A stretch of DNA of 64,000 nucleotides, from the NCBI RefSeq assembly GCF_018977255.1, contig NW_024704743.1:56670001-56734000 (forward strand), read 5' to 3'. This document shows positions 26,846 to 38,539 of this stretch, in pieces. The DNA comes from Callorhinchus milii. Lineage: Eukaryota. The notes beneath the pieces are model-generated. The model was given only the letters and a program-made list of their open reading frames with translations, searched no databases and was not told where the DNA came from. The first letter of the stretch is position 1, and the number at the start of each line of letters is the position of its first letter. The position numbers and the translations under genes are program-made.

Positions 26846-26930
26846 CGAAATAGGGATTTTTGCTTCACTGATGACTTTTTTAAGAATTTTTTCCAATATA
26901 AAAAAAATTGCTTGACTTAACCAAAATAGT
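26846..26930 (+). pseudogene. Exon relic, RGS helices 8-9
   Basis: ttttttgatctttcag| ... |gtgagt (strong sites); TDDFFKNFFQYKK, then a frameshift in an A8 run to LLDLTK. Confidence 0.5.
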
Positions 26931-27481
26931 GTGAGTACAAGACGTCTTAAGGTTCTTATTCAAGGAAAGAATCAGTGGTTCATTGTACAAAACAAATCCC
27001 TCACCTTGTGAGTTTTGTCTCGCCAGCCAACATCAAAGTAACATACTTTGGAGCATCGTTTCATAAAGCAATCACGCCATCTACCAACTAAAAGTGGAAC
27101 AGCATTAGCAAACAATAATAATAATCCTTGCATTTGATATAGCGCTTTTCACATCTTCTAGATGTCTCCAAGTGCTTCACAGAATATACTGAAGTTGAAT
27201 TAACTGTATATTTGTGGGCGAAAGGCAGCAGCCAATTGTGCACAGCAGTGTCCCACTAAAAAAAAGTTACAAAGTAAATTTTAAAAAAATTAAAAATAAA
27301 ATAATTTTAAAATAGAATTTTTAAAATAAAAACAAAGTAAAAATTATCACAAGGTTGATTCAGATGAAGATAGCCCTTTAGCCCATCTGATCACATCATT
27401 CCAGAATGCCTTCCCTACTGTTTTCCCATCACAGCATCAAGCTGTTTTTAAATTAATTTTTTAAATGTTTTTTAAATTAAT

Positions 27482-27635
27482 CCTTGCCCATCTCCAGATC
27501 TCACCTGAAGACCTCCCTCTTTGACCGTGATTTGGGTCACCTCCCATTTCTCCCTGGCTTGGTATCAAGCTTTGCACTGTTAAGTGCTCTGAGATGCTAC
27601 CCCATGTGTAGAATGGTAAATACAAGTTGTTGCTT
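27482..27635 (+). mobile_element. L2 3' tail (type B)
   Basis: LKTSLFDR; taagtgctctgagatgctaccc tail like 47182-47240. Confidence 0.8.
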
Positions 27636-28429
27636 TGCCATTGTAATGAGTCCAGTGTCCTGGCCTTGGAAGGATTTGGGATCACTTCAGCTGTCAGAAT
27701 CCAGATGAAGATGATGAGGCCATGATTCATCCAGTCAGTACCAAAGTAAAAATACTATCATCCATTAATTAGTCCATCTCTCATACCCCTCAATTCATTT
27801 ATTAGCCAAATTGATGTTTAACACCCTTTTGAATTTCCTAACACAATCTGCCTCCACTGTCTCATTGGCTACATCAATCAACATATTTGCCGCTATGTAA
27901 GGTAAATACAGCCTCACTCTGTTCACTACCTGCGACAGTGAGGTCAAATCAGTTCCTTGGCACTTTTTAACCACACTGGGGTCTAGTTCATCATATTCAC
28001 AAATGGGATTCAAAACGCAAATTGTGATTGGTGTTTTCCTGTCTAAGTTGCGATTTCTAAATAGTGTCAAATTGCATTTTACTTTCCAACTTTTTTGTCG
28101 CACTTTTGAGGCTATTTGAAATCATTATTTGTAAATATCACCACCTACACTGCAAAACTCAATTTACATTTAACACTCTGGAGCTGAGATTGAAGGAGAG
28201 AGCGGGAGGAACTCCCAAAATGTGGCACCTTCAATGTTGTTATCTTCATCGCATTCATTTTGTAGCAGCCAGCAAGTCTGTGTCTGTGATACGACTACCT
28301 TTTCAAGGAACATTAAAGATCCAATCCACTGTTCGAAAAGAGAGTTTCCCCCAGTATCCTGGCCAACAATCCCCCAGATAAAATTGGTTACTCACTTCAA
28401 GGCTGTTTGTGGCAACAGGCTTGAAGTGA

Positions 28430-29515
28430 GTAATCACCTCCCCCTTCTCTGTCCACTGCTGTCTGACACAATCAACGAGTCCCTCTCCTGTCCCACTCAC
28501 TCTCAAAACTGCTGGCATCACTCCTCTTTTTTAACACTCAACACTCTTGATCCTTCCAACCTCACAAACTTCAGATCCATCTTAAACCTACCCTTCTTGG
28601 CAAAGTTTTGGAACTCGTCATTGCAAATCAACTTCACTCACACCTCTCCCTCCGATCCCTACTTGAACCCCTCCAGTCTTGTTTTTGTCCTGCCTACAGC
28701 AGACAACATCCTCTCTCTCTGTGACCACGGCTCCCACTGCCCCCTCGTTCTTCTGGACCTCTCCGCCATGTTTGACACAGTCAACCACGCCATCCTTCTC
28801 CACCGCCTCTACTCCCTCATCCACCTTATACTGGGACCACACTCACATGGTTTGAGTGCTACTTAACCAACCACCAGCACTTAATCTCAGCCAATAATTT
28901 TTCCTCCCGCCCCCGCCCAGTCACCTGCAGGGTACCCCAGGCTCCATCCTTGGCCCCCTTCTTTTCCTCATCTACATGCTCCCTCTCGGCAATGTCATCT
29001 GCAGACATGGGCTCAACTTCCACATTTCTACAGATGACACCAAAATCTCCTTCTGCTCCTCCTACAACATTCAGTCGACTGGTGTCTTGTCAGCTTATTT
29101 GATGGACATCAAGGCCCGGATGATCGCAAACTTCCTGCAGCTGAATATCGTTAAGACAGAAGCCATATTCTTCGGCTACCATCAACACCTTCTTTACTGT
29201 GGGTCGGAACTCCTCAGCCACCCCGGCTCTCCCTCAGACTCTCTGAACCCGTATGAAAGTTAAGCTTCAGGTTCGATCCCCAGCTTTCTTTTCTATCCCA
29301 CATCAGTTCCCTGAACAGGATCGCTTTATTCCACCTCCGCCACATTGCCTGCCTCTATCCGTAAATCACAACCAGTGCAGCTGAAACCCTTGTCCACGCC
29401 TGCGTCACTTCTTGGCTGGACTATTCCAATACTCTCCTCACTGGTCTCCGAGACTCCACCATACGAAAATACAATTAACTCAAAACTCCCCTGCCCGGAT
29501 ACTCACTCACACAAA
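28430..29515 (+). mobile_element. L2 RT region, degraded, 3'-truncated
   Basis: [34 protein letters not shown]. Confidence 0.9.
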
Positions 29516-30580
29516 CACAAAAATTACATTTGTATAGCGCCATTCACGTTGGGAGGATGTCCCAAGATGCAGGACAGTCAAGGATTTACACCAAGCTGAG
29601 GTTAGGATCAGGAAGGATAGAGGGCAGGGAGGGTGAGGTTAGGAAGGTGACCAAAGGTGCAGATGAAGAGGAAGGTTTTGACATGGGCCTTAGATCCGCC
29701 AATACCTCTCCCCAAAGGCCGCTGAAACCTTGGTCCATGCCTTTGTCACCTCTCGACTGGACTGCTCTAACGCACTCCTCGCTGGTCTCCCATCCACTAC
29801 CATCCATAAAATCCAAATCATTCAAAACTCTGCAGCCCGCATTCTCACCCGCATGAAACTCCGCTCCCCGATTACCCCAGTCCTTGCCAGACTGCACTGG
29901 CTGCCTATCCCAGAGAGGATCGATATCAAGATCCTCACCATTGTATTCAAGTCCCTGCACTCCTCTGCACACCCCTACCTCTCTGACCTCCTCTCTCCTC
30001 AAAACAGTACCCGTTGCCTTCGTTCCTCCGGGTCTGGCCTCCTCCTCGACCCCCGAGTCCTCCGTTCCACCCTCGGCGGCCGTACCTTCAGCCACTATGC
30101 CACGAGGCTCTGGAACTGCCTTCCTCATTCCCTTCACCTCACTCCCTCTTTTCCTATTTTCAGGTCTCTGCTGAAGATCTTTCTCTTCGACCGCGCCTTT
30201 GGTCACCTTCCTCCCCCTCCCCCTGGCTCGGTCCCGGGATCTGTTACTCTGAAGCGCTCTGAGACGCAGTCCGGCATGGAGGGCGCTATATAAATCCAAG
30301 TTGTTGTTGTTAAAGGAGGCAAGTGAGGGGGTGAGGTGAAGAAACTGTAGGATGGAGTTCCAATAGTGGGGCGGGCAGGGGACGTGGATCAGGCCAGAAC
30401 CTGCCGAGTGGAAGGAGCAGACAGGTTGGTATGGAGTTAGCAGGTCACGTAGATAGGGAGAAGCAAGACCATAGAAGATTTAGAAATTGAGGATGAGGAT
30501 TTCAAACTCTCTCCTTTGGGGAATGGGGAGCCTGAGGAGCCAGACGAGGAATGGGGGTAATAGGTTCACAGAGCTTGAAG
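29516..30580 (-). mobile_element. Old L2 3' fragment (type A) split by a younger L2
   Basis: Tail at 29516-29580; body resumes in register at 30310. Confidence 0.85.
29693..30309 (+). mobile_element. Young 5'-truncated L2 (type B)
   Basis: Open frame [19 protein letters not shown]; (TTG)n tail; tta on both sides. Confidence 0.95.
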
Positions 30581-31094
30581 CTGAACTAAACACAGCCACA
30601 GTAACAATGTGGTTCTAAGATGTTCGAAAAGTTGTAAAAGTTCACGATGATGGCCCAGTAGATTGAATGTAAAGCAGCCACAGCAATCAGCTTAATGGGA
30701 AAAATTGACCACGTTTTAGTAAACCAAGTGCTCCACCTGGTGGATGTGACATTGAACTGCAGAGGATTGCAAATCACTTCAGAAAGGACCCGAAAGGACC
30801 ATTGCAGTCCAGCTAGTTGTCCCAAGGCAAAAGTAAATACTGTAATCCTATACTATACCTCTCGTACCCTTGACTTGATTTCTTCACCTGTCTAATTCCC
30901 TCTTGAAATTAGTGAAACAATTCGGCCTCTCTGGATAGTGATCTTGTATTGTACTGCATCTCCTCACAACTCAGGATCTCTCATTCCAGATTCCAGTTGA
31001 ATTGTAATGTCTCGGGACTCAATCAAGTAGAGCTCTTCCATGTCACCCTGCTACACAATTCAAACATTAGTAAATAACTTGTGTTTGAGGAACA

Positions 31095-31362
31095 CTGTTC
31101 GATCCATTGGAAGGCAATGGAAATTGGGCAACAAACCTGTATCAAATCTATAATACAGGCCCTGAGAGGAGTGCCCAAAGCCATGAAGGTAAGAAAATGG
31201 AAATGGAGAAAATCCTAAAGAAGGTAGAAAAAACTACTGGCTGGGTAAGTGTAATAGTGATTGTAGAAAAACTAGACAAGTCATTAAGAATATGCTTGGA
31301 CCAACAGCAACAAAAGCCATTACAAAGAGAGAATTACACAAAACCTCCTCTTAAAGACATAC
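31095..31362 (+). mobile_element. Ty3/Gypsy pol fragment (RT N-terminus)
   Basis: RGVPKAMK, MEKILKKVEKTTGWVSVIVIVEKLDKSLRICLD...LQRENY..P: typical Gypsy W-V-S-P-I-V-I-V..K....R-I-C-L-D motif. Confidence 0.85.
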
Positions 31363-31449
31363 ATGCATGGAGCAACATCACACAGAGAAGGAGTGAAGGG
31401 CACTCGGGTCATGCTCATTTCTCTTTAAGTACCACAAGGTACTAATGCA

Positions 31450-32470
31450 AGTCAAGCTAATGGCATACAAGACCTATGTGCAAACAGTTCTCCTTTATGG
31501 ATCTGAGCTCCTGGGGAAGATGCAGAGGTTTCCTCTCGCCAATTGACAAAGTCCAGGATCAGGCATTGAAGTAGATATGTGGCAAACATGGAAAACGGCT
31601 GAAGGGAGGAAGGGCTCCGGCCTACACTGACCCATAACTGAGCACCCTGGAGATACAGTCGACTTCACAGAGGGCACGGCTATTTGCCAAGGCTCCTCAC
31701 ATGAACACCTAGATTAGGCAGCTGGTGCTGAGTAAACCTGATACTCAGCATTGGAATGAACCTCGAGAACGTCAAAGTGCCTTGCACATTACAATCTGTC
31801 ACGTAAAGGTCCTCCCACCACACTGTCTGTTTAATAGCTGATAAGGAAACTCTGAAGCTCGAAGGATAACTGCTGGAAGGCATTACCTGGAATCTGATTT
31901 TATGAACACACATTCAGCTCTTGGAAACCACTTTGATTGGCCTGCAGAGAGGCAAACAGCTGCTACTGCTCAACCTCTGCACTTTCAACTGGTGGAACCA
32001 ATACTCAATGGGAAGGGATGTTTGTCCGACCTGTGGGCATGAAGATGGTGGCAATGCTCCCATGCATTTCATGTTGAGCTGTATTTCCCACCAAGAAGCT
32101 TGCACTGAGTTCCCAGTACCTACCATCCACCTTGTGAGGGCTCAAACCTATGCTTGTCGTATGTCAAATGAACAATGACTCAAATGACTCTTCCCTCTCA
32201 GCTCCTGTTAATCCTGCAAGCCAAAGCCCTGAAGGGTACAGCCATCCTCGCTGGACAAGCAGCAGGAAAGCTTGTGAGACAGTGCTTTCAATGGCAAGCT
32301 ATGTGGTTTTAGCTGGTTAGACTACCCCAATGCACACCAACCTGCATCTAATTAGGGTAAATAGGATGCAACCATTCCAGGGAAAAGGTGCAAATTCCAT
32401 TACAATAAATATCTCAAAAATGTTGGTACTGTTAAGCATGATGTCGGGTTTCCACATGTGCAAAAGAAGA
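31450..32470 (+). mobile_element. Degraded non-LTR element 3' part with CCHC zinc knuckle (RTE-X/I-group-like)
   Basis: CPTCGHEDGGNAPMHFMLSC; FAKAPH..I.QLV.SK..T.HW shared with 25410-25490; 3' region shared with other copies. Confidence 0.6.
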
Positions 32471-33083
32471 TGCAGCTTATGGACCAGGAACTCACTACTT
32501 TGAATCCCTCATCATGCTGTGTTTGCTGCTAACAACTGGGCCTGCATGGGGAAGCTAAATTTGCCCAAGTCTCCCACAGGGTTTCAGAGAGGGAAAACAG
32601 TCGGGGTCCTGTTCCTGGTTTCACTACAGCGCCCTCTAACGTAATGCGTGTGTGTGGCAGTCTGTTGGAGAGAGATCAGGCTTAACTGTGATGCCCTCTA
32701 CAACCAAGCGAGCTGCCAACACTCACTGCCATGAACAATGGCCACTTGGGTGAGGTAACAGAGAACAACTGGTACCCATGGAACCACAGCCCAGCAACAG
32801 GCCAGACCTGGAGCAAGGAAGCATATGCCAGTGGGAAGAAAATTAGAAAAAATATTTGGACACTAAATTTAATTGTAAACAAAATCTAGACCTTCATCTT
32901 TGCTATCAAGTCACACTTCTCCATTTCAAATGTCTGTCTGATTCTATTTTAAAAGTTTCAAAGCCTGAGAAGTTTATGAGTGATTGACCACAGCTGATTC
33001 AGATAGAAAGATTTGCCACTCATGATAAACCCTTTGTAGACACAAACATTCTCCATCATGTTGTTAATAAATTAATTCCACAG

Positions 33084-33234
33084 AATGTACCAAAGTGATC
33101 ACAGCTGCTGGTTTCACCATTGGCTACAGATACTGAAATAAGCAAGTCTCTTATGAAAGATATTTTGTTCTCAGTCGATAGATGGTGCTGTAGGTTGGCC
33201 CACAACCCAGGTCCTCAAAGGATAGTACATAAAG
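33084..33234 (+). pseudogene. Exon relic
   Basis: aattccacag| ... aag|gtgttt; 50 codons with a single TGA. Confidence 0.35.
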
Positions 33235-33734
33235 GTGTTTAACACACACTGATCACTCCAAATAGTGATTGTTTTCATTGTTTTATAATGGAAATTCCTA
33301 TTATAAAGACTTAGCAAAAAATTTGTTTATTTAGTTATCTGAACTTGTCACACACCAAAGTAAATAAGATTGTGTCCTCTGCTCAAACCTTTTGAATGTT
33401 TTTCTCCCTACTAGTGAGGTTCAGTTGTATAGGCTCTGTTACTTTGCCCAAATGACAATTATTTATGTGTGAGTCTTGACAATGAGTGTTGGGAAACTAT
33501 TTGATAGCCAAGCTTGAGCGTGTTTTCACCCAATGCCAAGGCTTGCACACCTTCCAGCAAAAGTTTCAAGATAATGATCAGGAGGAGCCTTGGCTGATGT
33601 TCCTTTCCTTAGCTCAGGGTGCTTGATGCTAATTGTAGCATCCAATTACTGCTCTGTATAAAGTTAACCCAGCAGAACAGATTGGGACTGAAGCTTAAAA
33701 TCTGCGCTAGTTGGATTTCAAATGAGGAACTAGT

Positions 33735-34285
33735 GACTATCCTCCTGGGGGAAGGAAAGCGGGGTCTCTTGGAGCTGAACTGGCTGGCAGTACCCCAACT
33801 GGTTTGGCAATGGAATGTTGGAATCAAGCCCCCCCCCCTCTGAGGCGGACTTGGTAGTCCAGTTCCTAAGCCAGGCAGGTCCGTAGTATTCCAGGGCACT
33901 CCTGATGACACCATAGCCAACCTGGCTCATCATCAGGATTTGAAAGGGCAGACAGTCACTGGGGTCAGGGATTCTTCTCACTCAACTCCTGTTAACCTAG
34001 CAAGCCAAAGCCCTAATGGACAGTTTTAGCTTTAGACTAGCAGTATCCCAATACACACACTGGGTTCCCCAAGCCTTGGCTCTTGCCAACCCATGCCTAA
34101 TACTTTCCAGAATTAGGTAAGTAGGATGTATCCTTCCGGGGAGAAAGTGTGCATTCTATTCCAATAAATATCTCTGGAATTGCCATGTATACGTGGTGCC
34201 TGGATTTCCCAATTTGGTTTGGATACTCTGAAGCATGGTATTGGGTTTCCGCATGTGTCAGACACCTGGCTGACCAAAATAAAAG
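33735..34285 (+). mobile_element. 3' region of the same family
   Basis: ggggtctcttggagctgaac, ttccagaattaggtaag, gacacctggctgaccaaaa; further copies at 51092-51540 (-), 51541-51712 (+) and 54690-54930 (+). Confidence 0.75.
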
Positions 34286-35309
34286 CCTCATACCTATTGG
34301 TGAAGCCTGAAAATTGTTTCCTAAACAAAGTTAATTTTTGCTCACTTGCTTCCGTGTCTTATGACGTGAGACATGAGTTAAAAAGGTTATTGGTTAAGGT
34401 TTTACATTTTTAATTGCAGCAAAGCAAACGTCAGAACTTAAGTGAAGTATTAGAACTTAAGTCACATATATAATAATTATAACAATAATAAATACATTTC
34501 AACTTGACATCAAAACATTGCTTGAAGGATACAAAACACAAAGTTCTTCACAGGCGATTGTAGTGATTTGTTAGTAAACTTGGCAAATATCGTTCTTCAG
34601 ATGAGACATTGAACAGAGGTCCCACCAGCCTGTTGCGGTGGTCATTAAAGATCCCATGGAACTATTGGAAAAGTGGAGTTTCTTCCTGTGTCATCAATCC
34701 CCCAAATGGTCATTCACTCTATTGCTGTTTGCGAGACACTGTTATTCCCCAAATTATTATTAATAATAGTAACAGTATGATAATCTTTACATTTGGTATG
34801 GAATCTCTGATGTCAGGAGGATGTCTCAACGTGCTTTACAGGATATGTTGTAAAGTTCAGTGACTGTATATTTTGTGGGCATACATGGCAGCCAATTTGT
34901 GCACACCAATGACTTGAGGCCAATAGAAAAGTGCAGCCACTATAAACAGTACCCTCTGCTATAAATCCACTGAAAATGAATTTCTGGCCCCGGGCCTCTT
35001 GCGCTGTTTATCTGACATCACTGTGGGCTTCAGATATGTACGCATGGTGCTGCGCAAGCGGGAAATGGGGATCTTTCCACTCGGAGGCCCCGCTGTTGTG
35101 ATTGACTGTGTGTCTGTGTGTCTCTTTCTGTGTGTGTGTGTGTGTTTGTAAGTGTTTATGTGAGTGTGTCTCTTTCTCCTCTGAATGTATGTGTTTGTGA
35201 GTGTGTCTGTGAGTTCTATATGTGTGGGTTTATGAGTACCTCTGTGTGAATGTACATGTGTGTCTCTCTCTCCTGTGTGTGTCTATTTGTGTGTGTTTGT
35301 TCAACCGTC

Positions 35310-35695
35310 AATTGTCTCTCCGACCTACTATGCCCCCTACCTACCTGCCCGTACCCTCCGTTCCTCTGGCTCCGGTCTGCTCCACATCCCCCGCCCCAAC
35401 CGCCCTACCATCAGTGGCCGGGCCTTCAGCCTCTCAGCCTCGAGGCTCTGGAACTCTATCCCCAGTGCCTTTGCCGCCTCCTCCCTTTCCTCCTTCAAGG
35501 CCGGTCTCAAGACCTTTCTCTTTGACCGTGCCTTCAGCTCCCCTCTCGACTCTCTACCCCCTCCTCGCTCCCTCCCTTCCCTCCCCTCACCCTGACCATT
35601 TCCCCCTTGCTCGGGTCCTAACCCAACTGTACAGTGCCTTGGGACGTCCTCCCGACGTGAAAGGCGCTCTATAAATGGAATCTTGTTGTTGTTGT
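35310..35695 (+). mobile_element. Young L2 3' fragment (type A)
   Basis: Nearly identical to the 3' end of the 36235-37831 copy. Confidence 0.95.
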
Positions 35696-38007
35696 TTTCT
35701 TCCCCACATCCAAGCCATGACCCGCTCTGCCTTCCCTCACCTCCGTAACATCGCCCGACTCCACCACTACCTCACCCCTCAGGCCGCTGAAACTCTTGTT
35801 CATGCCTTCATCACCTCCAGGCTCGACTATGCAAATACCCTGCTTGTCAGCCTTCCCAGCCTTCCTCCCTCCACAGGCTGCAGATAATCCAGAACTCTGT
35901 AGCCCATGTCTTCTCCTGCACCAAGCTCCGTGACCCCATCTCTCCCACTCTTGCCTGACTCCATTAGCTCCCTATCCTTCAGAGATCCAGTTCAAAATCC
36001 TGGTTCTCATCTACAAAGCCTTCAATGGTCTTGCCCCACCCTACCTCTGTGAGCTCCTAACCCCCTGCCAACCCGCAAGCTCCCTCCGCTCAGCCAGCTC
36101 TGGCCTATTCCACTTCTCCTGGCCTATTCCACTTCTCCTGACCCACCCACCCCACCATTAGCGGGAGAGCCTTCAACAACTCTGTCCCCACTCTCTGGAA
36201 CTCCATCCCCCAGTCACTCCGCCTCGTCCCCTCCATTAAAAACTGCCATCATCACGCCCACCCTGAAAAAACCCTCCCTTGATGCGTCGCAGCTATCAAG
36301 CTACCGGCCCATCTCCAACCTCCCCTTTCTCTCCAAGGTCTTGGAAAGAGTTGTCGCCTCCCAACTGCGCTCTTTCCTCTCCACCCATTCTCTTTTCGAA
36401 CCCCTTCAGTCAGGTTTCCGTGCTGCTCATAGCACAGAAACTGCCCTGGTCAAGGTCACCAATGATATCCTGACCATCTGTGACCAGGGCTCCCTCTGTC
36501 TCCTCGTCCTCCTCGACCTATCGGCAGCATTCGATACGGTCGACCACGCTATCCTACTCCACCGCTTGTCCTCCCACCTCAACCTTCAAGGCACTGTCCT
36601 TGAATGGTTTAGCTCTTACCTTTCCCACCGTCTTCACTTCGTCTCAACGAATGGCTTCTCCTCCACCCCCCGTACTGTCTCATGTGGTGTCCCTCAGGGC
36701 TCTGTCCTCGGTCCCCTCCTCTTCACCCTCTATATGCTCCCCCTTGGTGACATCATCCGCAAACATGGGGTTAACTTCCACATGTATGCGGATGACACCC
36801 AACTCTACCTTTCCTCCTCTACTCTCAACTCCACGACCACCGATGTCCTGACAGCCTGCCTGTCCGACATCGAGTCCTGGACGAGAGACAACTTTCTTCA
36901 GCTCAACGTGCGAAAAACCGAGGCCCTCCTGATTGGCTCACGTCAGCGCCTCCGCACCTCAGGCGCTGACACCATCAGCATCCAAGGCTGCACTCTCCAC
37001 CTCTCAAAGCCAGTCAGGAACCTCGGCGTTTTGTTCGACCCTGAGCTGTCCTTTCTCCCTCACATCCGCACCACAACTGGCACCGCCTTCCATCACCTCC
37101 GGAATATCGCCAGATTACGGCACTACCTTACCCCTCACGCTGCTGAAACCCTGGTTCACGCCTTTGTCACCTCAAGGCTGGACTATGGGAACTCTCTCCT
37201 CGCCGGCCTTCCCGCCACCTCCCTCCACAAGCTGCAGGTCATTCAGAACTCTGCAGCTCGTGTACTGTCCCGCACCAGGCTTCGGACCACATCACTCCCA
37301 CCCTCGCTCGCCTCCACTGGCTCCCCATCCCCCAGAGGATTGATTTCAAGATCCTCATCCTCACCTACAAGGCCATTCACGGCCTTGCTCCCTCCTACCT
37401 CTCCAACCTACTATCCCCCTACCTACCTGCCCGTACCCTCCGTTCCTCTGGCTCCGGTCTGCTCCACGTCCCCCGCCCCAACCGCCCTACTATCGGTGGT
37501 CGGGCCTTCAGCCTCTCAGCCCCGAGGCTCTGGAACTCCATCCCCCAGTGCCTTCGCCTTGCTTCCTCCCTTTCCTCCTTCAAGGCCGGTCTCAAAACCT
37601 TTCTCTTTGACCGTGCCTTCAGCTCCCCTCTCGACTCTCTTCCTCCTCCTCGCTCCCTCCCTTCCCTCCCCTCACCCTGACCATTTCCCCCCTCCTCTCT
37701 CCCTCCCTTCCCTCCCCTCACCCTGACCATTTCCCCCCTGCTCGGGTCATGACCCAACTGTGCAGCGCCTTGGGACGTCCTCCTGACGTGAAAGGCGCTC
37801 TATAAATGGAATCTTGTTGTTGTTGTTGTTGTAGCCTCCTTCAAGTCCCGCCTCAAAACCCTCCTCTTCGACCATGCCATTGGTCAATCCCTCCCTTCTC
37901 CCCCCTGACCCAGCTCGAGTCTGAAATGCTATACACTGTTGAGTGCCTTGAGACGTCCTCCCGACGTGAAAGGCGCTATACAAATGTAATCTTGTTGTTG
38001 TTGTTGT
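35696..38007 (+). mobile_element. Older L2 3' fragment split by a young L2 (own parts 35696-36234 and 37832-38007)
   Basis: Sequence resumes in register after the insertion. Confidence 0.9.
36235..37831 (+). mobile_element. Young 5'-truncated L2 with complete RT core
   Basis: Stop-free from 36236: [33 protein letters not shown]; one frameshift near 37287; ORF2 stop at 37678-37680; (TTG)n tail. Confidence 0.97.
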
Positions 38008-38539
38008 GTGTCTCTCTCTCTGTGTCTGTGTCTCTCTCTCTGTGTCTGTGTGTTTGTGTCTCTCTTTCTCTGTGTCTGTGTGTGTCTCTCTCTCTCTGTG
38101 TCTATGTGTGTCTCTGTCTGTCTGTTTATGAGTGTGTGTGTCTCTCTTTCTATGTGTATGTGTGTCTCTCGCTCTCTCTTGGTCTCTGTCTCTGTGTGTG
38201 GTGCTGGGCCCTGAGAGTCAGGAGGTGGGCTTCCCAGTTTTAATTAAAGCAAAAAATAAAAAGCAACAATATAATGTGTTATTTCCTCATGTTTAGTTTT
38301 TATCAAGAAAGTGAAAAAATATAGGTTAGCAGTAAAATGTATCTCAATAGCACTAATCAACTCCCTGCAATTTTCCACAAAATCTGCAAATTTCCCTACA
38401 ATTATTTCCTCACTTTTCTATTGGCCTTGCCAATGACCCACAAACAGCCATGGAATTCATTCAAACATTCTGGGGGAGTGTTGGCCAGGACACATTTCCG
38501 CACACTCATTCCGGTTGTGAACTTGGTGAATTCTAGATG

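Larger units (their letters stand above)
35107..38200. repeat. (TG/TC) low-complexity tract (35107-35300 and 38006-38200) split by the L2 cluster
   Basis: Direct inspection. Confidence 0.9.

Noticed and set aside
21520..26915. Spliced 26-aa micropeptide MTYSEIGIFASLMTFLRIFSNIKKIA
   Set aside because: Better explained as an off-frame reading of pseudogene exons, with other exon relics in between
28430..30580. Single L2 with an inverted 3' part
   Set aside because: The breakpoints coincide roughly, but the pieces look like different subfamilies and the geometry does not fit twin priming
32627..32643. CTCF-like motif
   Set aside because: Weaker match lying inside an AmnSINE2-like repeat
36341..37726. 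461-aa ORF as a host gene or autonomous element
   Set aside because: It is L2 ORF2, 5'-truncated with no endonuclease; the C-terminal part of the listed ORF is out of frame
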